NCBI RefSeq assembly: GCF_006345805.1
Contig: NC_043004.1
Coordinates: 17,546,001 to 17,610,000 of the forward strand
Direction of reading: 5' to 3'
Length of the DNA stretch: 64,000 nucleotides
Source: Octopus sinensis
Taxonomy: Eukaryota
The stretch's first letter is position 1; every line of letters starts with the position of its first letter. The translations under genes and the position numbers were made by a program. The notes under the pieces are model-generated. The model saw only the letters and a list, made by a program, of their open reading frames with translations, had not been told where the DNA came from and searched no databases. Positions 1-11,828 of this stretch are shown one piece after another.

Positions 1-28
1 TTCTGGTCGGTGGTGATACGCATGCGTG

Positions 29-81
29 TATGTATGTATGTATGTATGTATGTATGTATGTATGTATGTATGTATGTATGT
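29..81. repeat. (ATGT)n microsatellite, tail/target of the adjacent REL LINE
   Basis: Direct repeat gtat; the same LINE 3' end at 16163 is also followed by tgtatgtatg. Confidence 0.95.
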
Positions 82-1545
82 CATTATTCAGTTTTATTTC
101 AAAATTTCTTGCCAATAGAGAAAGAACCTGTTTCTAACCTAGATCCAAGGCTCCTTCATTGGAATTTCTAACACATCAGCAGGGTGTGTATGTATGTACG
201 TTTTTATGTATACATGCATGCATGCATGTATGCATGTATGAATATGTGCAGATTTATTATGTACGTATTCTCATGCATATAGTTGCATTCTAGACATGCT
301 TTATATAGACTTAAATAATAAACTTCTGGAAAGTTTTACAGATTTTTACGGCTCCAGTGATGGCTTGGATCTGTAGTCTTTGAATGAGTTTTCTCCTTTT
401 TGATTCTGAGAGGCCTAATTTCTCAAGATTGGTATTTACTGTTGTGTGGATACCCCCAGACGATGACGAAGGCTATCCCAATACGTAGATATAGATGGAG
501 AAGTTTAGACGTCGGGAGTTGAGTAGAGGTTATCGGAACCTGCAATATAGCAGATACATATCCCAGTGCCCCAATAATTACAAGTATAAACCTTAACTTG
601 TAATCTGGATAGAGTAGCTGTGGATTCTTCAATAGTTCAGCATAGGTATTTTCTTTTTTGCTGATCTTTGGTTTTGTGTTAACATCTGCTGGGTAGCTGA
701 CTTCCCCAACTGTACACAGTTTCCCTTCTTTATCCAAAATTACTATGTCAGGTCTATTGGGTTTACATTTTTATTGAGGTTTTCACTGGCACATTTCACC
801 AGTAATCCTTTTTATTATCAGTGGCTATGGCTTCTACCAAACTGTAAGTTCTTAGGACTCAAGGTTATCTTTCCGACCGATCTCATTGTACTGTGTCCTA
901 GCTACAACATCATGTCTCATCGATAAATAAACCGTGATGATATTTTCGGACAACTACTTATGCTGTGGGTGATATTGTCGGTGCTATCTCCACAAAGTTT
1001 GCATCGCTTATCACATTTAGCTGTTTTTCTTGCTTTTCTGTCCCTTTTGTTCATCAACTATTTGGTTGACAATACTTGTCCCTGGATTACAAGCGCATAC
1101 CCTTCAAAGTGGGAGTGAGTTAGTAATCCGGTTGTTAGTTCATGATAGACTGCTTTGAGGAACAATGTTACTATCATCCTGGGGCTTTCTACTAACATAT
1201 CTATGCATTGTCTTCTGTTCATTTATGCTCATCTTTCATCTGATGATACTTTGCGGTAGAGTCGTGCGACATTTTGGGGAATGTATTTAAGGTTATCAGA
1301 CAAGGGATGCTGCTCAATGAGCTGCTTTCCAACTCTCATGATGTTATCAGCTTCATGTACGCAAACTTGGTCAAGGGATGCACTTCGACATCTGGTGGTT
1401 AAAGATGTCGTCTAAGGGATATGATACGACCATTCAGAGACATTTTGGATCGATGTTAAGCCTCTGACGCCTTGTTTTCGTTTTAGGTAGAGGTGTTTTC
1501 TTTTATTTTTACTTCCTCTTCACAACGTTTTCCTCTCGAACTGTT
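82..1545 (-). mobile_element. 5'-truncated, decayed REL-endonuclease non-LTR retrotransposon (R4/Dong-like)
   Basis: Manual minus-strand translation gives HLYLKRKQGVRGL, HFEGYALVIQ, a CKLC..HSISSCP zinc knuckle and EVSYPADVN..K..KENTY..L..IIGALG (ORF 423-737); the 3' UTR at 82-185 recurs at 16163-16250. Confidence 0.8.
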
Positions 1546-1630
1546 GTTTCTACGCATTATGATCGAATCCCCAATAACTTAACACGGGATCTCCTAACAA
1601 CAACGTAAACTTCATATAAATCAAAGTATC

Positions 1631-1721
1631 CTTGGCCTGAAGAGTAGCTTGCGGTCCACCCCTCGTTTGGATAATTTACTACTTGTGAGGTTCCGCTAGC
1701 TATGAAACATATGTAGCCTGG
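1631..1721 (+). ncRNA. Type I hammerhead ribozyme H0, intact core, long helix II
   Basis: GGC-CUGAAGA(1637-43)-GUAGCU...AGCUAU-GAAA(1704-07)-CAUAUG-UA^GCC; palindromic ACAUAUGU helix III; GUA triplet. Confidence 0.85.
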
Positions 1722-2619
1722 ATAGATTTTAACTATTCCTTTCCCTAATTTTTGAAATACACACACACACGCACACCACACACACACACACACACACACC
1801 ACACACACACACACACACACATGGATGGTGACGCTAAAGTAACGTGAAAAACACTTTGAAAAAAATACCTATATAAGACTACTTTAATTCTTTAGTGCTA
1901 CACTTACTAATAATTAGTAACATAGTCTAATACATACTTGATAGCCAGCCACAAAAGCTGTTGAAAGGAAGAAATAATTTTAACCAACAGTATACCCGGA
2001 ATAACTGAATGGATATTTAATTTAGTATTCTGCTGATGTCTTTATTAAAATGAATAAAAAATATCCATAACAAATCAAACGATGAGAAAATGACTGCCGC
2101 CTAACTTCTTTATAACTTCTTGGTTTGAGACATATATCTATAGTCGACGCCAAGTGGTAATTCTTTTGGATTACAAATGAACTGTTATAGTATTGTTTGA
2201 GAACATTAGAACTACATCTCAGTGCATTTTAAAGCAGTGTGTGTCATTGAAATAAAGTTATTTAATCACATTTTTTTCTAATCACATCTTTTAAGTCTAA
2301 TCTTATCTTCATATTTAAAATACGATTAAAGTGAGGATTTATTTTGCATTTCTTCAACATTTTTCGTCTGTTTACCCAAGAAAGTCACATGTTATAACAG
2401 TCTTCAAATAAAACCTCCGAATGTAATGTGCTTTCTAGCGTTAGTATTTGTATCTTGTGAAAGAAAAATATAGACTCTTTAAAGTCAATAAGTGCTTGAG
2501 AAGAGAGGAAAAAAGACTTTAAGTGTCCCGGTAACTTGAATATTATAAAATAACACTCTTTTTCGCGATTGTGTTGAATCAAAAGATTTATGATATTTTG
2601 GTAATACTCTTTTACTTTT

Positions 2620-3015
2620 TTATTTGTTTCAGTCATTTGATTGCGGCCATGTTGGAGCACCGCCTTTAGTCGAGCAAATCGACCCCAGGACTTATTCTTT
2701 GTAAGCCCAGTACTTATTCTATCGGTCTCTTTTGCCGAACCGCTAAGTGACGGGGACGTAAACACACCAGCATCGGTTGTCGAGCAATGCTAGGGGGACA
2801 AACAGAGACACACAAACATATGCACACACATACATATATATAAATATATATATATATATACATATATACGACAGGATTCTTTCAGTTTCCGTCTACCAAA
2901 TCCACTAACAAGGCATTGGTCGGCCCGGGGCTATAGCAAAAGACATTTGCCCAAGATGCCACGCAGTGGGACTGAACCCGAAACCATGTGATTGGTAAGC
3001 AAGCTACTTACCACA
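2620..3015 (-). mobile_element. tRNA-derived SINE family 2 (internal TA/CA microsatellite, CR1-like 3' tail)
   Basis: Head gtggtaagtagc..ggttcagtccc; tail ggcggtgctccaacatggccgc..tgactgaaac; many copies in window. Confidence 0.85.
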
Positions 3016-3024
3016 GAGAAAAAA

Positions 3025-3295
3025 CACTATTAAACACTTCAATAATGAAAGATGTTATTCACACAATATAGAAAACATATACTATAAAAACCTTATTATA
3101 AAAATCAATAAAGTACAAAAATAGTAAATAGTAGTAAAAAGACTACACGCGTTTCTTGGATATATTTTCAAATAGATAATAATAATAAAATCAATTCGAT
3201 TTAGAATTAAATCGATCTAAAATTTATTCTATTTAAAATTAAATCGATCTAAAATTAATTCTATTTAAAAATATAGTCACTCATCAGGTCTAAAA
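3025..3295 (-). mobile_element. AT-rich repeat carrying hammerhead H1 (PLE pseudo-LTR/retrozyme-like); second copy at 36955-37180
   Basis: Aligns with 36955-37180 (shared tatagaaaacatatactataaaa, atagtaaatagtagtaaaaaga). Confidence 0.75.
3140..3291 (-). ncRNA. Type I hammerhead ribozyme H1 with about 125-nt helix II
   Basis: AGAC-CUGAUGA-[UAUAUUUUUAAAUAG/CUAUUUGAAAAUAUA arm]-GAAA-CGCGUG-UA^GUCU. Confidence 0.8.
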
Positions 3296-3297
3296 TG

Positions 3298-3334
<37 letters not shown>

Positions 3335-3361
3335 TAATAATAATAATAATAGAATAATACA

Positions 3362-3494
3362 TGTTTAGCGGTATTTCGGCTGTCGCTACGTTCTGAGTTC
3401 AAATTCCGCCATGGTCAACTTTGGCTTTCATCGTTTCGGGGTCGATAAATTAAGCACCAGTTGCCCCCAAATTTCAGGCCAAGTGCCTATAGTA
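3362..3494 (+). mobile_element. SINE family 1 fragment
   Basis: gagttcaaattccgcc B box; ctttcatc.tttcggggtcgataaattaag core. Confidence 0.85.
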
Positions 3495-3544
3495 GATATA
3501 TATATATATGTATAAAAAAAATATATATGTGTGTGTGTATATAC

Positions 3545-3680
3545 CCCCATACATACACGACACGCCTCCACACAATTCCTGTCTATCAATTTCATTGACA
3601 AGGCATTGGTCATTCCTGGGTTATGGTAGAAAACTGAAACAATATAGCTGCAACGCAGGCTTCTTAACCGCAAAGCGCCT
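3545..3680 (-). mobile_element. SINE family 2 decayed 5' fragment
   Basis: acaaggcattggtc and caacgcaggcttcttaacc resemble 2910-3010. Confidence 0.5.
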
Positions 3681-4229
3681 GTATTTATACTTCTTTTTTG
3701 AAACAGTTCCTAAGATTATATAAAAAGTATATATAAAAGCTCAATCAAAACACTGTCGTAATGGAATGGATAAAATTTCTGCTTTTGTATATTATATATT
3801 TAGAGTTCATATATACATAAATTTAGATTATGAACTTGTGGAAATGAGGATAATCGATTCACTACAGTTTATTTAAATGTTCTTAAGGACAAGTTAATCG
3901 ATACGTAAAAAAGTAGATGCAGCAGGTGGTGGACTATCTGCAATGGGTATCTATGACTGTCTATTTAACTGTCAGAATCTATTAGATGCTAAGAGACGAA
4001 TGAGTTGTTTTCGAAGACATAAGCGGAACAACCAAACGTAAAATGCATTTAGAAAAAAAAAAAAGCATAAAAATTCCAGAGAAGTAATTGATTTTCTTCA
4101 GAACATTTTTTAAAGCCTTCTATAACACACAAATAAGCATAAAAATGTCATATAAATTCAATAGTACTTTTATTGACCGGAATATTGAGCAGTTGTTGCT
4201 ATTGTTGTTATTGCTGTTGTTGTTGTTGC

Positions 4230-4646
4230 TTTCTACTATAGACACAAGGCCTGAAATTTGGAGGCAACTGGTGCTTGATTTATCGACCCCGAAAGGATGA
4301 AAGGCAAAGTTGACCTTGACGGAATTTGAATTCAAAATGTAGCGAAAGACGAAATACCTATTTTTTTACTACCCACAAGCGGCTAAACACAGAGAGGACA
4401 AACAAGAACAGACAAACGGATTAAGTCGATTATATCGACCCAGTGCGTTACTGGTACTTATTTAATCGAGCCCGAAAGGATGAAAGGCAAAGTCGACCAT
4501 GGCAGAATTTGAACTCAGAACGTAATTGCCGACGTCATACCGCTAAGCATTTCGCCTGGCGTGCTAACGTTTCTGCCAGCTCGCCGCCTTCACGAAATAC
4601 CGCTAAGCATTTCGTCCGGCGTGTTAACGATTCTACCAGCTCGCTG
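4230..4646 (-). mobile_element. SINE family 1, dimeric copy with duplicated head
   Basis: Reverse complement of the 46205-46605 type; two B-box/core units. Confidence 0.9.
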
Positions 4647-4917
4647 TTGCTGCTGCTGTTATCGTAATTGTTTAATCCTAGGCCATACCTGATTTAGCAG
4701 AGAGATGATCAAAAGCATACCAACCATGACCATTAATATGGGCACTTTGTACACAGAACTCCAATAAGTAATGTTTTTAGATCAGTTGGAAGTGATATGA
4801 GGGAGAGTTGGTCACAGCTTCTCGTTAGCGAAACGTATGGCAGTTATATTGATTTCAATATAAATCTGTTAAAAATGTTCCTACTCTCATAATGTGTTTT
4901 CAATATCTTTCCTCCTC

Positions 4918-5318
4918 AAGACAGCGAGCTGGCAGAAACGTTAGCACGCCGGGCGAAATGCTTAGCAGTATTTCCTCTGCCGTTACGTTCTGAGTTCAAA
5001 TTCCGCCGAGGTCGACTTTGCTTTTCATCCTTTCGGAAGCGATAAATTAAGTACCAGTTATGCACTGGGGTTGATGTAATCGGGTTAATCCGTTTGTCTG
5101 TCCTTGTTTGTCCTCTCTGTGTGTAGTCCCATGTAGGTAGTAAAGAAATAAGTATTTCGTCTGCCGCTACGTTCTGAGTTCAAATTCCGCCGAGGTCGAC
5201 TTTGCCTTTCATCCTTTCGGGATCGATTAAACAAGTACCAGCTGCGCACTGGGGTCGATCTAATCGACTGGGCCCTGTCCTCCAAAATTTCGGGCCTTGT
5301 ACCTAGAGTAGAAAAGAA
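4918..5318 (+). mobile_element. SINE family 1, dimeric copy (tRNA head, Meta-domain-like core)
   Basis: A box tggcagaaacg, B box gagttcaaattcc; core tttcatcctttcgg..gataaattaagtacc resembles, from recall, the MetaSINE/Sauria-SINE central domain. Confidence 0.9.
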
Positions 5319-5330
5319 TATCTTTCTTCC

Positions 5331-5535
5331 TCAAGGCGGCAAGCAGGCAGAATTGGTAGCACGTCAGATAAAATGTTTAGCGGCATTTCTTCCGTCTTTA
5401 CGTTCTGAGTTCAACTTCCACGGAGGTCGAGCTTGCCTTTCATCCTTTCAGGGTCAATAAATTAAGTACCAGGAGTCATTGTGATCGACCATTTCCTCTC
5501 CCAAAATTTCAGACCTTGTGCCTATAGTAGAAAGG

Positions 5536-5612
<77 letters not shown>

Positions 5613-5825
5613 GGCGGCGATCTGCTAGAATTGTCAGCAAACTAGACAAAATGCTTAGGAGCATTTCGTCCTTCTTTATATTCTAAGTTCAAATTCCACC
5701 GAGGTCGACTTTGTCTTTCATCCTTTTGGGGGTCAAGGAAATGAGTATTAGTGGAGTAACGGGATCAATGTGATTGACTAACCCACTCATCCAAAATTTC
5801 AGGCTTTGTGCTTATAGCAGAAAAG
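5331..5825 (+). mobile_element. Two tandem SINE family 1 monomers separated by (ATT)n
   Basis: aaggcggc heads at about 5332 and 5611; agtagaaagg(att)n tail. Confidence 0.85.
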
Positions 5826-6238
5826 GTTTTTTCTTGCCAGCCTCAAACTGATTATTCAGTTCTATATATAATCTCTAAATGTTTTACTTCGAATTTTGTC
5901 TAAAGAGTTACAGCTATGGTTATAATGCAGACACAGAGGAGTGGAGACAGTTTTCCTAGCATAATAACCTATCTATCTTATCCCAGTCAGTTGACATTTT
6001 TACTTACTGCTTGAAAATACTTTCTCATGTCTTATTATAGATAAATATTTTACGTGCATTTGAAAGAAATTGCTGGAGTTCATTTCCCTATATTTGTTAT
6101 AGGGAACTGCTTGCCATGATAATATATACAAAATGTATTACATAACGAGCTAAAGTAAACTGTATCTCGAAGCAACCATCAGTTATTAAATCGCTACAAA
6201 ATTCTGTATGTACACTCACGCACGCGAACACACACACA

Positions 6239-6287
<49 letters not shown>

Positions 6288-7538
6288 ACACAAATGCACG
6301 CACACACACAATAGCTTATAAGCGAAAGCTTATAATATTTGGTCAAGATAGACTGATAGTTTAAGATTATGAGACAAGCAGGCTGCCATGTTAGTTAAGT
6401 GAGGCCTGAGAAAATTTCGCATGAGTTGAATTTGGGATACACGTTAATAAGATTGGGGTCGGTGCAAAGGTATTTTGGGGTTTAGGATGTATTTGTGTGT
6501 ATGTGTGCGCGCGCGCGTGTGCAGGTATTTGGGGCTGGAGATGACATTTGACAAAAAGCGGTGTTTATTTTTGACTGAAGATAAGTTATTTACAGAAGCC
6601 TTTTGTTCTGTAGTTTAGGTTGATTCTTAAATGATGATAAAGGCCCTTTTGTCAAGGAAGCTGACGATTATTGTGCTTGAGGAAGTAAGAGAGCTTGCAA
6701 ATCGTGCAATGTTTAAACGCACTCTTTAATATCTAGAGGATTTTAATGATTTGGATATTGCAATGCTGAACTCTTCTCAGTTGAGGATAGTAGAGGATTT
6801 CCTCCAAATGCGTTGGGTGTGATCCTTTTTAAATTTAGATGGTGTACAGCAGAGAGGGAATCCCTAAGTGTTCGAATAATTGTGGTTTACGGCTGTGTGA
6901 AGAAATACTGATGCAGATGGATATTGCAAGGAAGCTGGTACTCGTTATCTGCTTAAGTGCTTTGGGTTGTTCATTTACTTCATATGTATCATGTCTTTCT
7001 CTTTTAACCTTTCTTAAAAAGCCTGTCTAACCAACGAAACGAATGCTAGAGTGATATAAATTAAATAATCTATTTAACGCCGAACTTTAAAGAGTTAACA
7101 GAGTTACATCATGGCTACGTCATCATGAAATACTGTTTCTAAATATGCCGTTTTCATTTTTATAGATACATTTCTTCATCATAAATTTCTTACTGATGAT
7201 GATGTCTGATACACAAAGCAGGTATCTTTCCCTGGTCTTATTTAATGTCGAGATATCTGTACGCGATAAATTCAATTTCCTATGCATATTAACTGTCATA
7301 TTCGAATGTTGTAGCTGTAGCCAACAACAATTTAAGTAAAATATTTATCATATTTGCTTCATATTAATCTTGTCTTTCCCGGTCAGAATGGCGCAGGCAT
7401 TGAATATGTGGTTAAATGTGAATAAATATCCACTGAATTAAAACTAATGTGTAACAATTGTAAGTTAACCCAAAGTGAAAAGAAAGATCATTAGTACTAA
7501 CATGTCTTTTTGTAAGGAAAGTAGAGAGAAAGTGAGTG

Positions 7539-7540
<2 letters not shown>

Positions 7541-7617
<77 letters not shown>
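7541..7617. repeat. (AG)n microsatellite
   Basis: Direct reading. Confidence 0.97.
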
Positions 7618-7621
<4 letters not shown>

Positions 7622-7749
7622 AAACTGACGATTGGACTGATAAAAAACTGAATCTATCATTAATGTTTAAAATTCATTTTGAGCTACTACGCAATAAAAT
7701 CTTTATGCAGAATGTACGTTTAATAAGTTGTCCAACATCAAATTTGTAG

Positions 7750-7957
7750 TTAAGGCGGTGAATCGTTAGGAAGCTGGACAAAATGTTGAACAACATTTCA
7801 TCCGTCTTTGCGATCTGAGCTCAATTTTCGTCGAGGTCGACTTTGTCTTTCATCCTTTTGGGGTCGATGGAATAGCTACTAGTTAAGTAATAGGGTCAAC
7901 GTAATCATCTTTCCCCTGCCCTCAAAGATTTCTGGCCCTGTGCCAAAATTTGAAACC
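7750..7957 (+). mobile_element. SINE family 1 monomer, decayed
   Basis: taaggcggtgaatcgttag; gaggtcgactttgtctttcatcctttt core. Confidence 0.8.
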
Positions 7958-8813
7958 CTTACCAAATATGTAGACTAATATAAATGATATCAAAAAATTG
8001 CTAACGAGCCTTTACGAAAACTCATTAACAGTCGCTGTCGAAGACAGAAAATATTTTCTTAACATTGCAACACAACGTGACAAGTGTAGAATATGTAACT
8101 GTTGAACTGGCACTAATGTTTTTGTCCAACTGTCTTAAATTATTGTGCTTTTTCACCTTCTATTCCTGACATTTACACCCAATTTCGCCACGAAATCAAA
8201 GCTTCACACGTTAGATCCTTAGTTGCTTCTCATTTTCTTGTGCAAAATCGAATTACAAAATGCAGTACTCTTTCATATACAATCCTGACCTCGGCGAACT
8301 GTTTCAACATAAATACTGAAAGCGAGTGTGGAATATTTTGATTACATTCTTACAGCATGTACCCTGAATACTTCTAGGTAATAAATCAACTTCCTTTGTA
8401 CCTTTTACTGCTTTATTGTAATTTTGTAATTTTCATTTTATAGTCAATAATAATGTTTCAAGTTGGAGCATTATCAAATTTTATAGCAGGTCTATAAGGA
8501 ATAAATAAGTAAAACGTGAATTAAGGCTAAGTTCGATTTTATGTGTATTTATTTATTAATTCCTTTTTCGTTCAATCGTTGTACATAAAGGAAATTACTG
8601 AACGATATTTTCGGAGAATTCCAGATTTCCGCCACAGCATTTAACTCGTGTACAGTGTAGCTTCATTAAAAATATAAGGATTCTACTGAATGAACTGACC
8701 TTCTGTTTTTCTCCAAGTATTTTCTTTTACGAGTCAAGGAAAAAGCCTGTACTCGATCATTTCATCTAATCAAATTCATTTCACAACGAATCGTTTTTTA
8801 AAAAGGAAACTAA

Positions 8814-9058
8814 TGTTAACATGTATTGTTGTATTTAGGAATGATCATGTTGCCAGTTTAGCCAATAAAACACACGCACTATATATTTGGTGTTAAATTG
8901 CTTCAGCTTTATTTATTTTTACATTAATCTTAATCTTATTTCCACCAGAGTTCTTTCGTCACACTTCTGTGACCTCATCAGTGGTCCTTTGCTTTCTTCT
9001 TTCTTATTTGTGTGTCTCTCCTTACTAACGATCAGCCATTTTGTAACATGTTAACATG
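8814..9058 (-). mobile_element. About 235-bp hammerhead-bearing unit bounded by a 10-bp direct repeat
   Basis: tgttaacatg at 8814-8823 and 9049-9058; contains H2. Confidence 0.55.
8944..8985 (-). ncRNA. Minimal type I hammerhead-like motif H2
   Basis: ACCA-CUGAUGA-G-GUCAC agaagu GUGAC-GAAA-GAAC-UC^UGGU; one extra G at the helix II base; 2-bp helix III. Confidence 0.65.
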
Positions 9059-9362
9059 GATATTATTAAAACGTCGAGAAGTGACGAAATTCCATTGGGC
9101 TTCTCCATCAAACTTGACCTGATGAACTTCGCTGTGTTTGCTGATGTTTGTCTTGACAAACAACGGTAACAACAGCAATAAACATAAATCTTATAAGATA
9201 ACTACGCAATTTCTGTTTCAAACACTTAGCGAAAAGCTTGAAATGAAATGCGGAAAGGAAACATCCAGCTGTTTTTATAGAGTCTATGTGGGTAATTGTA
9301 CATATATATATATATATATATATATAAGTACAACGACTGCTCGATCGATGATTATTTGTGTG

Positions 9363-9412
<50 letters not shown>

Positions 9413-9954
9413 TAATAATTGTTGGTGAGACTGTTCGATAGGAAAACAACCGCAATCAAATTTTCTGTGAGCGAAACGAAATCAACCCTGTCAAAAGTGA
9501 CTTATTAAATTACACACACACACACGCATACACGCACACACGCACACACACACACGCGCACACACACACGCACACACACACACACACAAGCAGCCTTTCA
9601 TATGCACCTATACATTTTGTTGCTGTTTCACTCAAAGTTGGTCAATTGACCAGACCAAAGGCATTCCAGCCACGACATTTGCTACCCCACTTTTTCTTTT
9701 CACGCATCCTCTACTCCATACTAAATCATTTATCAGCATTTATCCTTTTAAGACATGAGTTTAATAATGAAATTCACCTGTTCTTTACTATTCGTTACTC
9801 CCTGATGAATAGAACAATTTCAAGTTCTTATTTCATTTCTCCTACGTCTAGAATAACACACGTACACACACACACATACACAAAACTTGTGAAAGATACA
9901 ATATAGACAACATACAGTAAGCTTCCAGTAAGCTATCATTCATTTTGTTATCCG

Positions 9955-10047
<93 letters not shown>

Positions 10048-10164
10048 ACATACATACACACACACACATATACATATATATATATTATATATTATTTATA
10101 TATATATATATTATTTATATATATATTATATATATATATATATATATTAATATATATTATTTTA

Positions 10165-10214
<50 letters not shown>

Positions 10215-10286
10215 ATTTATATATATATATATATATATTATATATTATACTTTTATATATATATATATATATATATTATATATTAT

Positions 10287-10324
<38 letters not shown>

Positions 10325-10470
10325 TATATATTATATATATATATATTATTTATATATATTATATATATATTATTATATATATTATATCTATATATTATTT
10401 ATTATATTATATATATATAAATAAATAATATATATAATTATATATATATATTATATATATATTATATATG
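9955..10470. repeat. Compound microsatellite (ATCT)n(GTCT)n(CA)n(TA)n
   Basis: Direct reading. Confidence 0.95.
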
Positions 10471-10483
10471 ACTTATTGGAAGT

Positions 10484-10526
10484 CCACCTGAAGATTGTCG
10501 ATCAAGACAAGTAACAATTGTAGTGG
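10484..10526 (+). ncRNA. Type I hammerhead motif H3 with core substitution (GUAA for GAAA)
   Basis: CCAC-CUGAAGA-UUGUC gaucaa GACAA-GUAA-CAAUUG-UA^GUGG; all three helices pair. Confidence 0.75.
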
Positions 10527-10677
10527 CGGTTTTTTTTGACTATTTATTAAAATTTATGTATTGATTAAGTCTTTCCTTGTTTGTTTTGCAAAATAGTGGT
10601 TTTGTCTCTAATAATATTTTATATATATATATATATATACTATAATATATATTTATATATATATAATATATATATAT

Positions 10678-10708
<31 letters not shown>

Positions 10709-10831
10709 ATATATATGTATATATATACATATATTTTTTAATAATATATTATTATTATTAATATAAGGAAATTAATATCCAAACTCATCATAAAGATATA
10801 CCCATGTGAAAGAACTTATTGTATTAACAGT

Positions 10832-11745
10832 CTGATCTATATGCTGTGAGTCATGGGCACAGAAACAAAATGCAACTGAACGAGGGAAAATTTGAGCTGG
10901 TGCATTTTGGAAGATTCCTCACTAAAACAGCCATACTCTCTTCCTTCAGGGGAACCGCTCACAGCCTCTAACAATATCAGAGACCTGGGTGTAATTGTTG
11001 ATGACGATCTCAGTTGGAGTGCACACATCAACAAGAAGGTCGATATAGCTCGTAGGATGAGTTCCTGGATCTTAAGAACTTTCCGGTCCAGAGAACAAGG
11101 TGTCATCATACCACTTTTCTCCTCCTTTGTACGGCCACACCTCGAATACTGCTGCCCACTATGGTCTCCCCATACAAGACAAAACATCTCGAGGATTGAG
11201 TCACCCCAGAGGGCACTCACTAAACGAATCGAAGGCATGGCTGCTCTCGATTATTGGGATCGCCTTAAAGCCTTGAAACTTTACTCTCTCCAGTGTCGCT
11301 GTGAGCGGTACATCATTTGTACGATGTGGAGAATATACCGCCAACTTTGCCCAAACGACCTGAACATTAGCTTCAAGGTTCATCCAAGACTGGGACCACG
11401 GGCCATACGTCCCCTTCCCAATTCAAGATCACAGCATACATGTACACTGCAACATAATTTCTTTTCCTCAACAGGCCCTGCCCTATTTAACATTGTCCTG
11501 AAAGAGATCAAAGAGGAAAAGTATCCCATCAACTTTAAACGGAGTCTGGACAGATTCCTTCAAAGAATACCAGATAAGCCACCCATAATTGGATACAACT
11601 CACCCAACAAGAACTCACTACTTGAATGAACCATAAACAAAACTTGACTTAAACAGGATTCGAATAATCCTATCAGGTGGTGCTATTAAGTTAGACATGG
11701 CCTGGACCAATCTTTGGTCGAAACATATCTAAGTTTATCTAAGTT
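10832..11745 (+). mobile_element. 5'-truncated CR1-group LINE (RT thumb/C-terminal region plus 3' UTR)
   Basis: ORF 10892-11629 has RDLGVIVDDDLSW, VRPHLEYCCPLWSP, LDYWDRLKALKLYSL; tail (atctaagttt)2. Confidence 0.9.
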
Positions 11746-11828
11746 TATAAATAAATAAATATAAAAATATAAATATAATGTATAAAATAAATTTGATAGT
11801 TTAAAAGTTTTGAATTAATTATTTAAGC

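Noticed and set aside
6500-7030. Possible decayed PLE N-terminal coding region (also 26940-27200 GIY-YIG-like)
   Set aside because: Multiple stops and only vague motif resemblance
9802-9840. CUGAUGA with an AUAGAAC/GUUCUUAU stem
   Set aside because: Followed by UUUC rather than GAAA
9945-10424. Long I/Y, C/V, N, E or S-rich ORFs (also 22639-23256, 33477-33839, 47242-47649, 53152-53682)
   Set aside because: Translations of microsatellites that lack stops in some frames; no coding signal
11690-11735. GACCA/UGGUC-GAAAC-AUAUC at the CR1 3' end
   Set aside because: First core reduced to CUG; better explained as the LINE 3' recognition stem-loop
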